From the NCBI GenBank assembly GCA_021152595.1, contig JAGKVC010000001.1, forward strand, positions 7,380-71,379: a stretch of 64,000 nucleotides of DNA, written 5' to 3'. Position numbers and translations under genes: made by a program. The notes under the pieces are model-generated. The model saw only the letters and a list, made by a program, of their open reading frames with translations. It did not search any database and was not told where the DNA came from. Within the stretch, counting starts at the first letter, position 1, and every line of letters starts with the position of its first letter. Of the stretch, positions 63,899 to 64,000 are shown piece after piece. This DNA comes from Clostridia bacterium. Lineage in GTDB: Bacteria; Bacillota; Clostridia; Oscillospirales; Ruminococcaceae.

Positions 63899-64000
63899 TG
63901 AAAAACATGTGCGGAATCCTGCAAGTTATTCCGGTCAGTCTGCAAGCTGTTCCGAAGTCATTGTGTTTGCCCGTATAATAGCGTATAATAGAACTGCAAT

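Overview
This 64-kb window comes from a moderately GC-rich Gram-positive anaerobe; my spot counts of single 60-nt lines in the core give about 55-58% GC. Two dockerin-bearing carbohydrate-active enzymes suggest a fibrolytic, cellulosome-type Clostridia member, but that is inference. The window reads as six blocks. (i) 1-7.6 kb, + strand: a pilus/adhesin locus with a 5'-partial class B sortase, a giant Listeria-Bacteroides-repeat adhesin and a backbone pilin, both substrates carrying xPTG-type sorting signals. (ii) 7.7-10.8 kb: an orphan receiver-like protein and a convergent HK/OmpR-type RR pair. (iii) 11.0-24.6 kb, - strand: a second sortase-pilus operon. It holds a small coiled-coil protein, signal peptidase I, a ~2,350-codon tip adhesin split by one in-frame TAA, an LPSTG major pilin, a class C sortase, a lipoprotein, a CnaB protein and a truncated sortase. 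The tip adhesin carries a circularly permuted GH9 domain inserted into a split CnaB domain. (iv) 25-32.6 kb: a flavodoxin-type membrane protein, an HTH-desulfoferrodoxin-like regulator, a dockerin beta-helix enzyme, an LRR protein and a CE3-CBM22-dockerin-CE1 esterase. (v) 33.2-53.5 kb: a housekeeping nitrogen/nucleotide/lysine block. It contains a split archaeal-type glutamate synthase, pyrG, purF (with a 90-bp tandem repeat in its propeptide), a short GS, an ANTAR regulator, GS type III, carA, a carB-dapF fusion, dapL and lysA. (vi) 53.5-64 kb: composition drops abruptly to AT-rich DNA (spot counts 28-40% GC). This island carries the most interesting candidate, an unclassified RiPP-like operon on the - strand behind a perfect consensus promoter. 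It encodes a Trx-CcdA fusion, a 110-aa unknown, NifS, a PqqD/RRE-fused M50 site-2 protease, two paralogous 72-aa membrane-spanning tri-Cys peptides, an ABC exporter, a small membrane protein, two CxxC thioredoxin-fold proteins and a truncated prepilin-peptidase-like gene. No rRNA, tRNA, CRISPR array, transposase or integrase was recognised.
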